A DNA stretch of 64,000 nt from Clostridia bacterium (GCA_017934955.1 JAGBIO010000034.1:2123-66122), one strand, 5' to 3'. Numbered from the stretch's first letter, positions 28,245 to 38,647 are shown. Numbers and translations: made by a program. The notes: a model not told the origin generated them from the letters alone.

Positions 28245-29135
28245 ATGAAGAAATTGATTTTTGAGGGTTCGGGTGTGGCGCTTGTGACGCCGTTTACAAA
28301 TGATGGGGTAAATTATGAGGTTTTGGAGGAGCTGATTGAGTTTCAGATTGATAACGGAACAGATGCGATTATTGTTTGCGGGACGACGGGGGAGCCGGCG
28401 ACGATGAGTGATGAGGAGAAGCATGATGTGATTCGTTTTACGGTGGAGAAGGTGAATGGGCGAGTTCCGGTGATTGCGGGGACGGGTTCGAACAGTACGC
28501 GACATAGCGTGGAACTTTCGATGTATGCGGAGAGTGTGGGCGCGGATGGTTTGCTGATTGTGACGCCGTATTATAATAAGACGACGCAACGTGGTTTAGT
28601 GGCGCATTATAAGACGATTGCGATGACAACGAAGTTGCCGATTATTCTATATAATGTGCCGGGGAGAACGGGACTTAATATGATGCCAAGGACGATTGCA
28701 GAACTTTCAGAAATTGAAAATATTGTGGGGTTAAAGGAGGCAAGCGGTAATTTTTCGCAGATTGCGGAGATTATGACGTTATGCGGCGAGGATCTATGGT
28801 TATACTCCGGAAATGATGATCAAGTAGTTCCGATGTTGGCGTTAGGTGGTGTTGGCGTAATTTCGGTGGCGGCGAATGTGATTCCGCATGATATGCACCG
28901 GATGGTGAAGTATTATTTGGCCGGGGAAGGAAGAAAAAGTCGAGAAATTCAGTTGCAGGCGATTGAGTTGATCCAGGCGTTGTTTTCCGAAGTGAATCCG
29001 ATTCCGGTGAAGGAAGCGGTTCGGCAGATTGGATTTGATGTGGGAAAATGCCGAATGCCGCTGGTGGATATGACAGAGGAGGGACAAATGAGGATTTCGG
29101 TGGCTTTGAAGAATTATTTTGATAGAATGGAGTAA
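28245..29135 (+). CDS. dapA: 4-hydroxy-tetrahydrodipicolinate synthase.
   Basis: The DapA/NAL family signature reads GVALVTPF...AIIVCGTTGE. AGGAGTG RBS present. Confidence 0.85.
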   Translation: MKKLIFEGSGVALVTPFTNDGVNYEVLEELIEFQIDNGTDAIIVCGTTGEPATMSDEEKHDVIRFTVEKVNGRVPVIAGTGSNSTRHSVELSMYAESVGADGLLIVTPYYNKTTQRGLVAHYKTIAMTTKLPIILYNVPGRTGLNMMPRTIAELSEIENIVGLKEASGNFSQIAEIMTLCGEDLWLYSGNDDQVVPMLALGGVGVISVAANVIPHDMHRMVKYYLAGEGRKSREIQLQAIELIQALFSEVNPIPVKEAVRQIGFDVGKCRMPLVDMTEEGQMRISVALKNYFDRME

Positions 29136-29159
29136 GTTAAAAAAGAGAGAAATAGGCTG

Positions 29160-29207
29160 TAAAAAAACACCTCGGAAAATTTTATTTTTCCGAGGTGTTT
29201 TTTACAG
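29160..29207. terminator. Bidirectional terminator.
   Basis: AAAAAAACACCTCGGAAAA-loop-TTTTCCGAGGTGTTTTTTAC lies between convergent genes. Confidence 0.7.
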
Positions 29208-29213
29208 CACCGT

Positions 29214-29765
29214 TTAATATTTTGGGGTAATAGCAGTATTTTTTGAGGTTAAAGTTTGGAGAAAACTTTCTATTTTCTCAAAAGATTTTCCATATAGCTT
29301 TCTCGTGGCTTTGACAAATTTTGCACAGTGATATTGAAACAGAAACGAATTTGTACCGTATTGTTGGACGTAAAGTATAATGCGCATTAGATCGGCAAGA
29401 GGTAGCAGTATAGATACAGTAAGGGGATAGATGGATGCAAATATCAATAATATGAAAAATGGAGCTATTTGTCTAAAATATAGCAAACTCAACATAAAGT
29501 TCAACAAAAGAGGAAAATAAAAGCTTAAACAGGAAGTAACAACAAGAAAAGTCAGCTTAATGGGATTTGTGTAATCCTTCTTGCTATGCATTTGTTGAAG
29601 GAATTTCAATGTGTATAACAGGATTGAGAAAATGTAGGCGTAGGAGAAAAGCAAGATAAGAAGCGGAAATATACAATTTTCCGGAGAGAGTCGAGAGGTT
29701 AAGAGTAGGCCTAAGAGTGTCTCGAGTGTTGCGTAAAGAGACCAAAAGGCTAAAATTTTTGTCAT
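29214..29765 (-). CDS. Polytopic membrane protein of unknown function.
   Basis: 183 aa with five to six hydrophobic helices and no motif. Confidence 0.35.
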   Translation of the reverse strand: MTKILAFWSLYATLETLLGLLLTSRLSPENCIFPLLILLFSYAYIFSILLYTLKFLQQMHSKKDYTNPIKLTFLVVTSCLSFYFPLLLNFMLSLLYFRQIAPFFILLIFASIYPLTVSILLPLADLMRIILYVQQYGTNSFLFQYHCAKFVKATRKLYGKSFEKIESFLQTLTSKNTAITPKY

Positions 29766-30246
29766 GTTAATTCCTCCGTTATTGTATGAAGTTTGACTGA
29801 GATTTTTTTACGTTTTAGAAAGTTTTTCACATCATTTTCAGATAGTTATGTTCAACGTTTCGACGAACATTTAACGTAAGTAGTATATATCATATTTATG
29901 CAAAATTCAACAGATATTTTTACAATAGAGATAGGCGTTATAAGGTATAAAAAAGCACAAACACTGTAGGGAAGATATAGTATGAATAATAACAAGTTGC
30001 AGTTTTTTTTGAAAATTTTAAAGCATTAGTTTTAAGAATAGGTCATGTCTTTATGGATTGGGAAAAATATTATAAAAGTCAAGTATAATAGGTTAATAAT
30101 ATTTAGGTACTTCAAGATGTGATGTTTTAAAGAATTACTGACATATGATTGACTAACCTACAATGTTGTAGTTTTTTTGTATTTTTATTTTATTGCTTTT
30201 AGTTAATATAGAGTATATAATAAAAATAGAAGAAACGGAGGATTTT

Positions 30247-30672
30247 ATGACAAAAGAAGAAAAGTATACTCATTAGGAAAATTTAGCGAAATATGATTTA
30301 GAGACTGCTGAAGTTATGTTAAAAAGTGGGAGACATATGTATGTTTCTTTTATGTGTCAACGAGCTATTGAAAAACTGGCAAAAGCATTACATGTATTAT
30401 ATTTAGATAAAGAAGCACCAAAAACTCATAATATAGTTACTGTAATGAATTTGGTATTTGAAGGAACAACGGATGATGGTATAAAAAATTCAATAGGTAA
30501 GTATAAAGAATATAAGTCTTTTATGGTTGAATTGCTGACATATTATATTTCTGAAAGATATGTTGAATATAAAAGTAAAATAAATCAAACTTTAAATCAG
30601 CAAGTTTGTAATGAAATAATATCGAAAACAAAGGAGGTATTTACATGGTTACAATCTCTAAAGAACTTTTAA
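30247..30672 (+). pseudogene. HEPN-domain protein gene with an in-frame amber codon at codon 10. The ORF track restarts at 30316.
   Basis: A strong RBS (GGAGG, 7-nt spacer) precedes ATG 30247. The translation reads MTKEEKYTH*ENLAKYDLETAEVML.... The TAG falls where HEPN proteins of this type have a conserved Trp, so the likely change is TGG to TAG. Confidence 0.5.
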
Positions 30673-30971
30673 AGATAATTAATAATTATGTGTTAGAGTT
30701 ATCCAAAGAAATTAATATTAATAAGGTTATATTATTTGGTTCTTATGCAAAGGGAACAAATCATGAAGATAGTGATATAGATTTAGCGATTTTTTCTGAT
30801 GATTTTTCGAACATGGATAGAATAGAAGCACTTAAATTTTTACTATTGAAAGCAAGTGATTTAACAGTTGATTTACAACCACAACCTTTTACATTGGCAG
30901 ATTTAGAAGATGAGGATAATTGGTTGGCTAAAGAAGTTGAGGAGACAGGTATCGAACTAAATGTAGCTTAA
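30645..30971 (+). CDS. Nucleotidyltransferase (MNT-type) partner of the HEPN gene.
   Basis: Carries ILFGSYAKGTNHEDSDIDLAIF. Overlaps the HEPN gene end. Confidence 0.65.
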   Translation: MVTISKELLKIINNYVLELSKEININKVILFGSYAKGTNHEDSDIDLAIFSDDFSNMDRIEALKFLLLKASDLTVDLQPQPFTLADLEDEDNWLAKEVEETGIELNVA

Positions 30972-31148
30972 ATAAATAATTTCAAGACTTTGTCAAGTAA
31001 AGTGTGTAATTTTTTTCATCCATACTCAATTTAGAAATGTTGATGTTCATTTTCAACTGAAAAAAGTGTGTTAGAAAGAATTTACAATTTTTAGGTATCT
31101 CAAATAAAGAGATTACTGCTAATCCCTTAGTTTGAGGTATTAGTTATA

Positions 31149-31688
31149 TTATAAGTTTTCATACAATTCAATTCTTGATTGCATTTCAGCATTCATAGAG
31201 AGCTGATTACGAACCATAGACCAGTTTGGGACAGGACGATTATTCCATTTTTTGTAAAGCTCTGTAATTCGCAAATAGAGTAATTTTAGTAAAGCATTTT
31301 CATTTGGAAATGATCCCTTTTTTGTTACTTTTCTGAAACTGGAGTTAACGCTTTCTATTGCGTTGGTTGTATACATTACTTTCCGTACAGCACTACCGTA
31401 ATTAAATAACTGTTCTACGTGATTCCAATTTCTTACCCATACTTCAACAGCCCCGGGATAAGAATTCCATACTTGTTTAAATTTTTCAAATTCAGCCTCT
31501 GCAGCTTTTAAGCTTGGTGCTCCGTATATTTTCTTTAAATGTCCGGTAAACGCTTGATAATCTTTGCTTGGTACGTATTTTATAGAGTTACGGATTAAAT
31601 GTACCATACATCTTTGAACTATAACATTTTTGAATATAGATTTCGCTCCTTCTTCTAATCCGGAAACTCCGTCGCTGGATGTTTTGAT
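31149..31688 (-). pseudogene. IS256-family (Mutator-type) transposase, C-terminal ~178-aa fragment.
   Basis: The conserved C-terminal region reads CMVHLIRNS...YTTNAIESVNSSFRKVTK. The N-terminal two thirds are absent. The upstream part of the annotated ORF is unrelated sequence. Confidence 0.6.
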
Positions 31689-31739
31689 ACTAAATTTTAT
31701 GGATTTAATGAAATTCGTAATGAGAATGATATTGAGAAC

Positions 31740-31982
31740 ATGAGATTTCAAGGGGGCGGTGGTACTGATTTTAATGTGGCAGTAAATGCGTTTTCTCGTA
31801 GAGTAGAAAATAAGATAATTTTTACTGACGGTGAGGCACCTATGCCGGAAAAAGCAATGGATGCAATATGGATAGGATTCGGAGAAGATAAGATTAAACC
31901 TAAAGGTGGTAAAGTAATTACTATTACAAGAAGACAACTAGAACGATTATGTAGATTTCATGATATAGATATGAGTAGATAG
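31740..31982 (+). pseudogene. C-terminal fragment of a vWA-domain protein.
   Basis: GGGGTDFNVAVNAF...IIFTDGEAPMPE resembles the end of vWA_3-type domains. No N-terminal part, and it abuts the IS256 fragment. Confidence 0.3.
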
Positions 31983-32182
31983 TATTAGAAATAAGGTATA
32001 AGTAAAAATATGAATAAAAATATTGCAAAATTTTGTTGTAATTTTTAGAATATCCGTAAGAAATAAAAAACAGGTAGAATTGTCTTTTTTGGTGCTTTAG
32101 TAGAAATTGTCCATTTGTATTATATGTTGGTACAAAAAAACTTGTAAAACGTAAAGAGCTTGAGCAATTTAGCAGCGATACG

Positions 32183-32360
32183 GTTACAGGTCAGACTCAA
32201 ATTGTTACAAATATATCGGGACGTCGAGGACGCCGTCCCCTACAATGACGGCACAATCATCGTAGGGACAGCATTTATGCTGTCCTGCTTTCTGCCTTTC
32301 CTGTGGACAGCATAAATGCTGTCCCTACACTAGATTGTGCCATTTTTATAAATTTAAGTC
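32183..32360. mobile_element. MITE-like unit: a REP doublet within GTTACAGGTCAGACT ... AGTCTGAACAATAAC ends.
   Basis: The left TIR is the exact reverse complement of the right TIR of the 21860 unit. Confidence 0.5.
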
Positions 32361-32478
32361 TGAACAATAACGCGATACGCTAATAATTTAGTAGATAAGG
32401 TTGAAAAAACAGAGCTAATGTGGTATAAATAATTTATTGCATTGGCTCTTTTTTCCTGTTGAGGAAAGGAGTTAATAG

Positions 32479-33028
32479 ATGGGGAAAAACTTAAAAGTAA
32501 AAGAATGTGGCAAAGGTATTTGCCAACGGAAAGATGGCTTGTATTACGCCCGTTATGTAGATAAAGCAGGTAAACGACACGAGAAATATTTTAAGACTGT
32601 CCCGGAAGCGAAAAATTGGATTGAGGATTCTAAATACGCTGACAAACACGAGGATGTATTTGTTGCTGATGATACTATTGTAGATGAATGGTTTGATTTT
32701 TGGATAGTTATAATCAATATGCTTTGATTTTAGAGACAGGACTTAGGACAGGAGAAATGATTGGTTTAACTTGGGATGCAGTCGATTTTGAAAAGCGAAC
32801 AATAACTATCAATAAAACTTTAGAGTATCGTCAAAAACAAGAATATTGGAGTGCCGGTCCTCCAAAGACACAAAGCAGTTATAGAACAATTCCCCTTACC
32901 GATTGTGCCTACAATATTGCAGGAATTACTGGGACATAGTAGTATAAAAACAATTATCGATAGGTATGTTCACGTTACAACTGATTCAATGGAGGAAGCT
33001 ATAAAACAATTAAAAAAAGGGTTTTAGC
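32479..33028 (+). pseudogene. Tyrosine recombinase (phage or ICE integrase) remnant in three frame-shifted pieces.
   Basis: The N-terminal arm-binding-like segment reads KDGLYYARYVDKAGKRHEKYF. The core start reads ETGLRTGEMIGLTWDAVDFEKRTITINKTL...GPPKTQSSYRTIPL. The extreme C-terminus reads LLGHSSIKT.IDRYVHVT and includes the catalytic Tyr. Most of the catalytic domain is missing. Confidence 0.55.
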
Positions 33029-33120
33029 ATAAAACTTTATGCGTAAATGGTGTAAGAATGGTGTAAAGCTCATTTTTGAAACACTTATAAACCTTGAAAA
33101 TAAAGGAGATGTAATAAATT

Positions 33121-34212
33121 ATGAAATTAGGAATTGTTGGGTTACCGAATGTGGGTAAGAGTACGTTGTTTAATGCGATTACGAAGGCGGGGGCGGAGTG
33201 TGCGAATTATCCGTTCTGTACGATTGAGCCGAATGTGGGAGTTGTGGCGGTGCCGGATGAGAGATTGACGGAGCTTGCGAAGATTTATAACCCGAAGAAA
33301 GTGACGCCTGCGGTAGTGGAGTTCGTGGATATTGCGGGTTTGGTAAAAGGGGCAAGTAAGGGAGAAGGTCTTGGGAATAAGTTTTTATCGCATATTCGTG
33401 AAGTGGATGCGATTGTGCATGTGGTTCGTTGTTTTGAAAATGCGGATATCGTGCATGTAGATGGTAGCATCAATTCGCTAAGAGATGTGGAAACAATTAA
33501 TTTGGAACTTGTTTTTGCAGACTTGGAAACGGTTGAGAAGAAGTTGGAAAAGGCGATAAAAGCGGCGAGAGCGGATAAGAAAATGCAGTTTGAGGTGGAT
33601 ACGTTAACGCGTGCGAAAGAGGTTTTGGCGGCAGGTAAGCCGGTTCGTTCGATGGAGATGAATGAGGACGAGCGGGAAGTGATTAAAAATACTTTCTTAT
33701 TGACGACGAAGCCGGTAATTTATGTGGGAAATATCAGCGAAGATGAAATTGCAACGGCAGATCAGAATGAAATGTTTCAACGCTTAACGGAATATGCGAA
33801 GTCGGAAGGTTCTGAGGCGCTTGCAATTTCGGCGAAGATTGAGGAAGAATTGTCGACTTTAGAGGATGAGGAGAAGAAGGAATTTTTGACGGAACTCGGT
33901 ATTGCAGAATCTGGTTTGGATAAGTTAATAAAGGCAAGCTATCGCCTGTTGGGATTAATCAGCTTTTTAACGGCGGGAGAGCCGGAAGTGAGAGCTTGGA
34001 CGATTGTTAACGGGACAAAGGCTCCGCAGGCGGCAGGAAAGATTCATAGCGATATTGAAAGAGGATTTATTCGTGCCGAAGTGGTTGCATATGATGATTT
34101 TATGAAGTATGGTTCTTTAAATGCGGTAAAAGAAAAAGGTTTATTGCGGTCGGAGGGAAAAGAGTATGTGATGAAGGACGGAGATATTGTTCTTTTCCGA
34201 TTTAATGTGTAA
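33121..34212 (+). CDS. ychF: Redox-regulated ribosome-binding ATPase YchF.
   Basis: G1 motif reads GIVGLPNVGKSTLFNA. The C-terminal TGS domain is present. 363 aa. Confidence 0.9.
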   Translation: MKLGIVGLPNVGKSTLFNAITKAGAECANYPFCTIEPNVGVVAVPDERLTELAKIYNPKKVTPAVVEFVDIAGLVKGASKGEGLGNKFLSHIREVDAIVHVVRCFENADIVHVDGSINSLRDVETINLELVFADLETVEKKLEKAIKAARADKKMQFEVDTLTRAKEVLAAGKPVRSMEMNEDEREVIKNTFLLTTKPVIYVGNISEDEIATADQNEMFQRLTEYAKSEGSEALAISAKIEEELSTLEDEEKKEFLTELGIAESGLDKLIKASYRLLGLISFLTAGEPEVRAWTIVNGTKAPQAAGKIHSDIERGFIRAEVVAYDDFMKYGSLNAVKEKGLLRSEGKEYVMKDGDIVLFRFNV

Positions 34213-34214
34213 GG

Positions 34215-34254
34215 CAGGAAGCTATAGGACAGCATGAATGCTGTCCGTACAGTA
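34215..34254. repeat. Single type-A REP.
   Basis: Reads aaggcaggaagctataggacagcatgaatgctgtccgtac. Confidence 0.85.
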
Positions 34255-34327
34255 GATAGTTTCATTATTTTAGATGCTATAAAGGAACGTTTGATTTATC
34301 ACAAAAATTTAGAGAGGAGAGAGTGAC

Positions 34328-35257
34328 ATGGGCGAAAACGAAGAAACGAAACTGCAAGAAGGGGTAGAGAATAAGGCGGAGGAAAAAGCAGAAAGCGCAG
34401 CAGAGAATAAGACTACAGAGAAAGTAGAAGAGAATAAGGCAGAAGAAAAAAAGGAAAAGAAAGAAGAAAATCAGGAAAAACAGGCTGAAGTTAAGAAAAA
34501 AGAAAAAAAGGAAAAAAAGCCGATTAATGCTTTGAAGATTTTTTATAAGCCGGAGGAAGCGGTAAAAACAGCTGTAAAGAATAATTATTGGAAGAGCGGA
34601 TTGATATTTCTTTTCATTTATTTCTTGATTGTCGGAATGGTTTCTACTTTGCAGTTTGTTCAAGTGAAGTTATCCGGTTATGATTTTTCGATAAAGTATG
34701 CACAAGAACGTTTGGATAAAGCCAAGGAAAATTACAGAGAGCGTCAAACGACTTATAATAGATTACAAGTTGAGAAGTATGAAGAAACGTTAAACGAGGT
34801 TAGAAAGAGTAAATGGGAAAACTTTGCGGATTTTGAATTTTATCTCTCGATGGGCGGTAAATTTGTGACCTCTGCTGTAACGGCGTTCATTCGTATACTT
34901 CTGTTGATTGCTTTATTGTATGCAATCGGAAAACTTATGAAGGGCCAAGGAAAATTCTCGCAGGTTGTAGCCGGTGTAGGTGTTTCTGTTAATATTTATT
35001 ACATTAGTTTGATTCTATTGCCGTTATTGGCGAAGATCCCGTTTTTAAGCAGTGTTTCGGTGCTTGGCTCGGTAGTTTCGGCATTGTTCTTAGTATTAAT
35101 TTATTTTGCATTCAAAAATACATTTGAGTTGGATGAAGATCGTTCCGTTATTGGTGCGGTTTTGGCGATGGCAATTATGGTGTTGATTATCGCTTTCGTT
35201 TCGGATGGATTTACCTTTGTTAGTGATGTTGTAAAAAAAGTAGTAGATCAATTTTAG
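34328..35257 (+). CDS. Yip1-domain-like membrane protein with a K/E-rich low-complexity N-terminus.
   Basis: ~60-aa charged repeat-like N-terminal region, followed by five hydrophobic helices. Confidence 0.4.
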   Translation: MGENEETKLQEGVENKAEEKAESAAENKTTEKVEENKAEEKKEKKEENQEKQAEVKKKEKKEKKPINALKIFYKPEEAVKTAVKNNYWKSGLIFLFIYFLIVGMVSTLQFVQVKLSGYDFSIKYAQERLDKAKENYRERQTTYNRLQVEKYEETLNEVRKSKWENFADFEFYLSMGGKFVTSAVTAFIRILLLIALLYAIGKLMKGQGKFSQVVAGVGVSVNIYYISLILLPLLAKIPFLSSVSVLGSVVSALFLVLIYFAFKNTFELDEDRSVIGAVLAMAIMVLIIAFVSDGFTFVSDVVKKVVDQF

Positions 35258-35269
35258 GGAGGTTTTTTG

Positions 35270-36868
35270 GTGATTAGTGCAGTTGGAGTTACTTTGCGAT
35301 TTGGCGGAAGAGTGTTATTTGAGGATGTAAATATAAAGTTTACCGACGGAAATTGCTATGGGTTAATCGGAGCGAACGGGACCGGAAAAAGTACATTTTT
35401 GAAGATTTTATCGGGAGAAATTGAACCGAGTAAAGGAGAAGTGGTGATTCCGGAAGGAAAGCGTTTAGCAGTTTTGAAGCAGGATCATTTTGCGTATGAG
35501 GAATACAGTGTTTTAGAGACGGTTATTATGGGATATCCGAGATTGTATGAGGTGATGAAGAAAAAGGAAGAACTTTATGCGAAACCGGATTTTAATGATG
35601 AGGATGGAATTTTGCTTTCGGAATTGGAAGGCGAATTTGCGGAAATGAACGGCTGGGACGCGGAGACGGATGCGGAGAAGCTGTTAAACGGAATCGGGAT
35701 TGCGCCGGCGTTGCATCAGGCGAAAATGTCGGAATTAGAAGCGACGGAAAAGGTAAAAGTATTATTGGCTCAGGCGTTGTTTGGAAATCCGGATGTTTTG
35801 TTGTTGGACGAACCGACGAACCACTTGGATTTGAAGACAGTAAAGTGGTTGGAAAATTTCTTGGTGAATTTTGAGAATACCGTAATTGTAGTTTCGCATG
35901 ACAGACACTTCTTAAATGCGGTTTGTACGCAAATTGCGGATATTGATTATAATAAGATTCAGCTTTATGCCGGAAACTACGATTTCTGGTATGAGTCCAG
36001 TCAGTTGGCTTTGCAACAAGCGAAGGATGCAAATAAAAAGGCGGAAGCGAAGATTAAAGAATTACAGGAGTTTATTCAACGTTTTAGTGCAAACGCGTCA
36101 AAATCAAAACAAGCAACTTCGCGTAAAAAGTGGTTGGATAAGATTCAATTGGAGGAAATTAAACCTTCTTCAAGAAAGTATCCTTATATTGATTTTAAAC
36201 CGGATCGAGAAGCGGGAGACCATATTTTGACGGTGGATAATATTTGTTTGAATGTTGATGGCGAGGACATTTTGAAGAATGTCAGTTTCTCACTGAATCG
36301 TGGCGATAAAGTGGCGTTTGTAGGAAATAACGGCATTGCGAAGACGGCATTGTTTAAGATTTTGATGGGCGAATTACAGCCGACTTCGGGTGAGCTTAAG
36401 TGGGGAATTACGACAAGTCAGGCGTATTTGCCGACGGATAATTCGAAGTATTTTGAGGGGAATGAGTTAAATTTAGTAGAGTGGTTGAGACAGTATTCGA
36501 AGGATGAGACGGAAACCTTCTTAAGAGGCTGGCTTGGCAGAATGTTATTTTCGGGAGAAGAAGCATTAAAGAAAGTGAATGTTTTGTCGGGAGGAGAAAA
36601 AGTTCGCTGTATGTTGGCGAAGATGATGTTAAGCGGTGCGAATGTTTTGATTTTCGATGAACCGACCAACCACTTGGATCTGGAGTCGATTACGGCTTTA
36701 AATAACGGAATGATGAATTTTAAGGGTACGATGTTGTTTACTTCACACGATCATCAGTTGGTGGATACGGTGGCAGACCGTATTATTGAGATTAAAGAGG
36801 ACGGAATCGTGGATAAACGCATGAACTATGAGGAATATTTAGAGTGGTTAGAGGCAGAGAGAGCATAA
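35270..36868 (+). CDS. ABC-F family ATPase with two ABC domains and no transmembrane domain.
   Basis: Two Walker A motifs (GANGTGKST, GNNGIAKT) and two LSGGE signatures. GTG 35270 lies 7 nt from a GGGAGG RBS. Confidence 0.8.
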   Translation: MISAVGVTLRFGGRVLFEDVNIKFTDGNCYGLIGANGTGKSTFLKILSGEIEPSKGEVVIPEGKRLAVLKQDHFAYEEYSVLETVIMGYPRLYEVMKKKEELYAKPDFNDEDGILLSELEGEFAEMNGWDAETDAEKLLNGIGIAPALHQAKMSELEATEKVKVLLAQALFGNPDVLLLDEPTNHLDLKTVKWLENFLVNFENTVIVVSHDRHFLNAVCTQIADIDYNKIQLYAGNYDFWYESSQLALQQAKDANKKAEAKIKELQEFIQRFSANASKSKQATSRKKWLDKIQLEEIKPSSRKYPYIDFKPDREAGDHILTVDNICLNVDGEDILKNVSFSLNRGDKVAFVGNNGIAKTALFKILMGELQPTSGELKWGITTSQAYLPTDNSKYFEGNELNLVEWLRQYSKDETETFLRGWLGRMLFSGEEALKKVNVLSGGEKVRCMLAKMMLSGANVLIFDEPTNHLDLESITALNNGMMNFKGTMLFTSHDHQLVDTVADRIIEIKEDGIVDKRMNYEEYLEWLEAERA

Positions 36869-36871
36869 AGA

Positions 36872-36935
36872 AAAGGACCTGTAAAAAAACTGCCTCAGAA
36901 AAATAAAATTTTCTGAGGCAGTTTTTTTACAGGTC
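36872..36935. terminator. Long nested bidirectional hairpin terminator.
   Basis: AGGACCTGTAAAAAAACTGCCTCAGAAAA...TTTTCTGAGGCAGTTTTTTTACAGGTCCT. Confidence 0.7.
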
Positions 36936-36993
36936 CTTCTGTTCTTATTAGTAAAAACGGGCGAGCGATGCTCGCCCCTACTATTATAATTTC

Positions 36994-37284
36994 TTATTTT
37001 ACGCGAATTGTTAATTCTTGACCGGCACGGATGTCGGAGGTGATGTTGTTTAATTCTTTTATTTCAGCGATTTTATCGCGAATGTCTTGATTTTCGAATT
37101 TATATTCTTTTGCGATGTTCCAAAGGCTGTCTCCTTGGGCAACAACAATGGTTGCGTATTCCGGGAAACTGTCACCGGAGGCCGGAGTTTGAAATAAGAG
37201 TGTAAAAAATATGGATAAACAAATGACCGTTAGCGTAAAGATTAATAATCTTACCGGGTTTTTCAAATAGATTCTTTTCTGCAT
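36994..37284 (-). CDS. LysM-domain membrane-anchored protein.
   Basis: N-terminal transmembrane anchor. LysM region reads GDSLWNIAKEY...AGQELTI. Its own GC hairpin terminator lies downstream at 36955..36980. Confidence 0.6.
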   Translation of the reverse strand: MQKRIYLKNPVRLLIFTLTVICLSIFFTLLFQTPASGDSFPEYATIVVAQGDSLWNIAKEYKFENQDIRDKIAEIKELNNITSDIRAGQELTIRVK

Positions 37285-37518
37285 ATGTATCTCTCCTTTC
37301 GAACAATCGTTCTGTAATTATAATAACCGAACAACTTTTCGATGTCAATATGTTTTTGAAAAATATTTTCAATAAATATATCGTTAGGATGGATATGTAA
37401 TATTATTACAGAACGATTAAGAGTAGGTTAAGATATTGATATCATCTGTAATTACTATTGTTCACATTTTCTATATTTGACGTTTGGGGAATTTTTGTAT
37501 AAAATACAGTTGAAATTA

Positions 37519-37546
37519 GGACAGCATGAATGCTGTCCGTACAATG
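37519..37546. repeat. Single type-A REP upstream of ispG.
   Basis: Reads ggacagcatgaatgctgtccgtac. Confidence 0.85.
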
Positions 37547-37600
37547 ATTTTGCGACATTCGAGAAAATTATAAAATCTATAAGGAATTGAGGCTTTTGTT

Positions 37601-38647
37601 ATGGGGGAAAATACGAGGAAAGTGAGAATCGGAGATAGAGTGATTGGCGGTGGAGAGCCGGTTTTGATTCAGTCGATGTGTAATACCGATACGAGAAATG
37701 TTTCAGAGACAGTTCGACAGATTTTACAGTTAGAAGAAGCGGGGTGTGAGATTATTCGTGTGGCGGTTTTGGATCAACAAGCGGCTGCTGCGATTTCGGA
37801 GATTAAGAAGCAGATTCATATTCCGTTGGTAGCGGATATTCATTTTGATTATCGTTTGGCGATTGCAGCGATTGAAAACGGTGCGGATAAGATTCGTATT
37901 AATCCGGGAAACATCGGGGATATAGAGCGAGTGAAAGCGGTCGTAAAGACGGCGAAGGAACATGAGATTCCGATTCGTGTTGGAGTGAACGGCGGCTCTC
38001 TTGCGAAGGATGTTTTGGCGAAGTATGGAAAAGTTACGGTAGAAGGTTTGGTAGAAAGTGCTTATGAGAATGTGAAGTTGTTGGAGAATTTGGACTTTGA
38101 AAATATGGTGGTTTCGTTAAAGGTTTCAAATGTGGACATGACGCTTAAAGCATATGAGTTATTGGCGGAAAAATGCAATTATCCTTTACATATCGGTGTG
38201 ACAGAGGCGGGAACTTTAATTGGCGGAACGGTGAAGAATGCGGTGGGTATCGGAATTTTGTTATCGAAAGGAATTGGAGATACCTTGCGTGTTTCTTTGA
38301 CGGCGGATCCGATAGAAGAGGTGAAGGTCGGTTGGCAGATTGTGAAGGCTTTGAGACTTCGAAATCGGGGCGTGGAGTTTATTTCTTGTCCGACTTGCGG
38401 AAGAACGAAAGTGAATATGTTTCCGATTGCGGAACGTGTGGAGAAGGCACTTAGCGGGTGTGAGAAGAATATTAAAGTAGCTGTGATGGGTTGCGCGGTG
38501 AATGGTCCGGGAGAAGCGAGTGAGGCGGATTTCGGCGTGGCTTGCGGCGATAATTGCGGATTATTATTTAAGAAGGGCGAGATTATTAAGAAGGTGCCGG
38601 AAGAGGCGATTGTGAAGGAATTGTTGGAGATGATTGAGGCTGAGTAG
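37601..38647 (+). CDS. ispG: 4-hydroxy-3-methylbut-2-enyl diphosphate synthase (flavodoxin).
   Basis: The IspG/GcpE family is recognisable across the full 348 aa, including the C-terminal Cys triad (CPTCGR ... GC). Confidence 0.9.
   Translation: MGENTRKVRIGDRVIGGGEPVLIQSMCNTDTRNVSETVRQILQLEEAGCEIIRVAVLDQQAAAAISEIKKQIHIPLVADIHFDYRLAIAAIENGADKIRINPGNIGDIERVKAVVKTAKEHEIPIRVGVNGGSLAKDVLAKYGKVTVEGLVESAYENVKLLENLDFENMVVSLKVSNVDMTLKAYELLAEKCNYPLHIGVTEAGTLIGGTVKNAVGIGILLSKGIGDTLRVSLTADPIEEVKVGWQIVKALRLRNRGVEFISCPTCGRTKVNMFPIAERVEKALSGCEKNIKVAVMGCAVNGPGEASEADFGVACGDNCGLLFKKGEIIKKVPEEAIVKELLEMIEAE

Noticed and set aside
31740-31982. An 80-aa plus-strand ORF proposed as an intact small gene.
   Set aside because: It reads as the C-terminal end of a larger vWA-type protein with no N-terminal part, and it overlaps the IS256 fragment junction. 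It is treated as a fragment.
37307-37420. Imperfect ~17-bp inverted repeat (TCGTTCTGTAATTATAATA / TATTATTACAGAACGA) upstream of the LysM gene and ispG.
   Set aside because: It is imperfect, with an indel, and AT-rich. It could be chance in AT-rich intergenic DNA, so it is not reported as a finding.
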